A stretch of 64,000 bases of DNA, taken from the NCBI RefSeq assembly GCF_964194155.1, contig NC_135879.1:102982001-103046000 (forward strand). The letters run 5' to 3'. Source of the DNA: Cetorhinus maximus (taxonomy: Eukaryota). Positions 63,461-64,000 of the stretch are shown here, in pieces (positions within the stretch are counted from its first letter, which is position 1; every line of letters starts with the position of its first letter). The notes below the pieces were generated by a model. That model saw only the letters and a program-made list of their open reading frames with translations. It had not been told where the DNA came from and did not search any database. Position numbers and translations under genes: made by a program.

Positions 63461-64000
63461 TATGAATTTCAAAGCCAAAGTTTCTGATAGATTTGTTGGT
63501 AGTGCTCTTGAGGAAAAGCAAGCATTTTGACACTTTTTCAAAGAGATAAGCATTGCAAAACTGATATGCTCAATGTGGAAAAGTGTGACTGAGATTAACA
63601 TTTTTTACTTTAATGATGATAAAAATTCACCGAAAGCATGAATATTGTGCAGCAGCTGAATGCCTAGAGGTTAATTTTAGTGATAAACCATTAAATTATA
63701 TTATTGTTCAAATATTTTGTCAATAGGTTAATTATTAGCACTCATTTCACTGCTTAGGCCAGCTCTCAAGGGGTGTTCTTGTGACTTTATACTCCTAGCG
63801 TAAAGCCTTAGCCATTTTTTATTCAAATGTGAATGCATTCAATACTCTATTTCGAATGTTAATTTAAACAGTTTGAAAATCACAGAACATGCACTTGAAT
63901 TTTCAAACAGTGCTTCTGGTGGACAAGGCACTCTGCCAGAAACACAAAATCAGAAAATTAGCCCTTTGATGTTGTTCCCATTTTTAAAAAAATCTGTCAT

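Overview
Eukaryotic, almost entirely repeat-derived DNA. It is most likely intronic or intergenic sequence from a cartilaginous fish (inference from the mix of CR1 LINEs, SacSINE1-like Deu-SINEs and Penelope elements). No intact host gene is visible; there is one weak candidate exon at 60626-60729. The window is dominated by PIF/Harbinger DNA transposons: about 10 decayed copies of a spliced Myb/SANT-like gene, 3 HARBI1-like DDE transposase remnants, and many MITEs with GGGCAGAATTTT-type TIRs and 3-bp TSDs. These are nested with CR1-group LINEs, SINEs, a decayed Ty1/Copia element (tRNA-iMet PBS), a Gypsy 5' half, solo LTRs and a Penelope fragment carrying a hammerhead-like motif. The best candidate for something undescribed is a 'cargo slot' in these Harbinger elements. 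Just after the Myb gene stop codon there is a short GT-AG intron-like segment and then a further same-strand reading frame. This frame shows codon-level conservation between copies and differs between two subfamilies (Leu/Pro/Thr-rich versus Cys/His-rich). All alignments were made by eye; no database search was run. Most ORFs in the supplied track are spurious or are fragments of these decayed elements.
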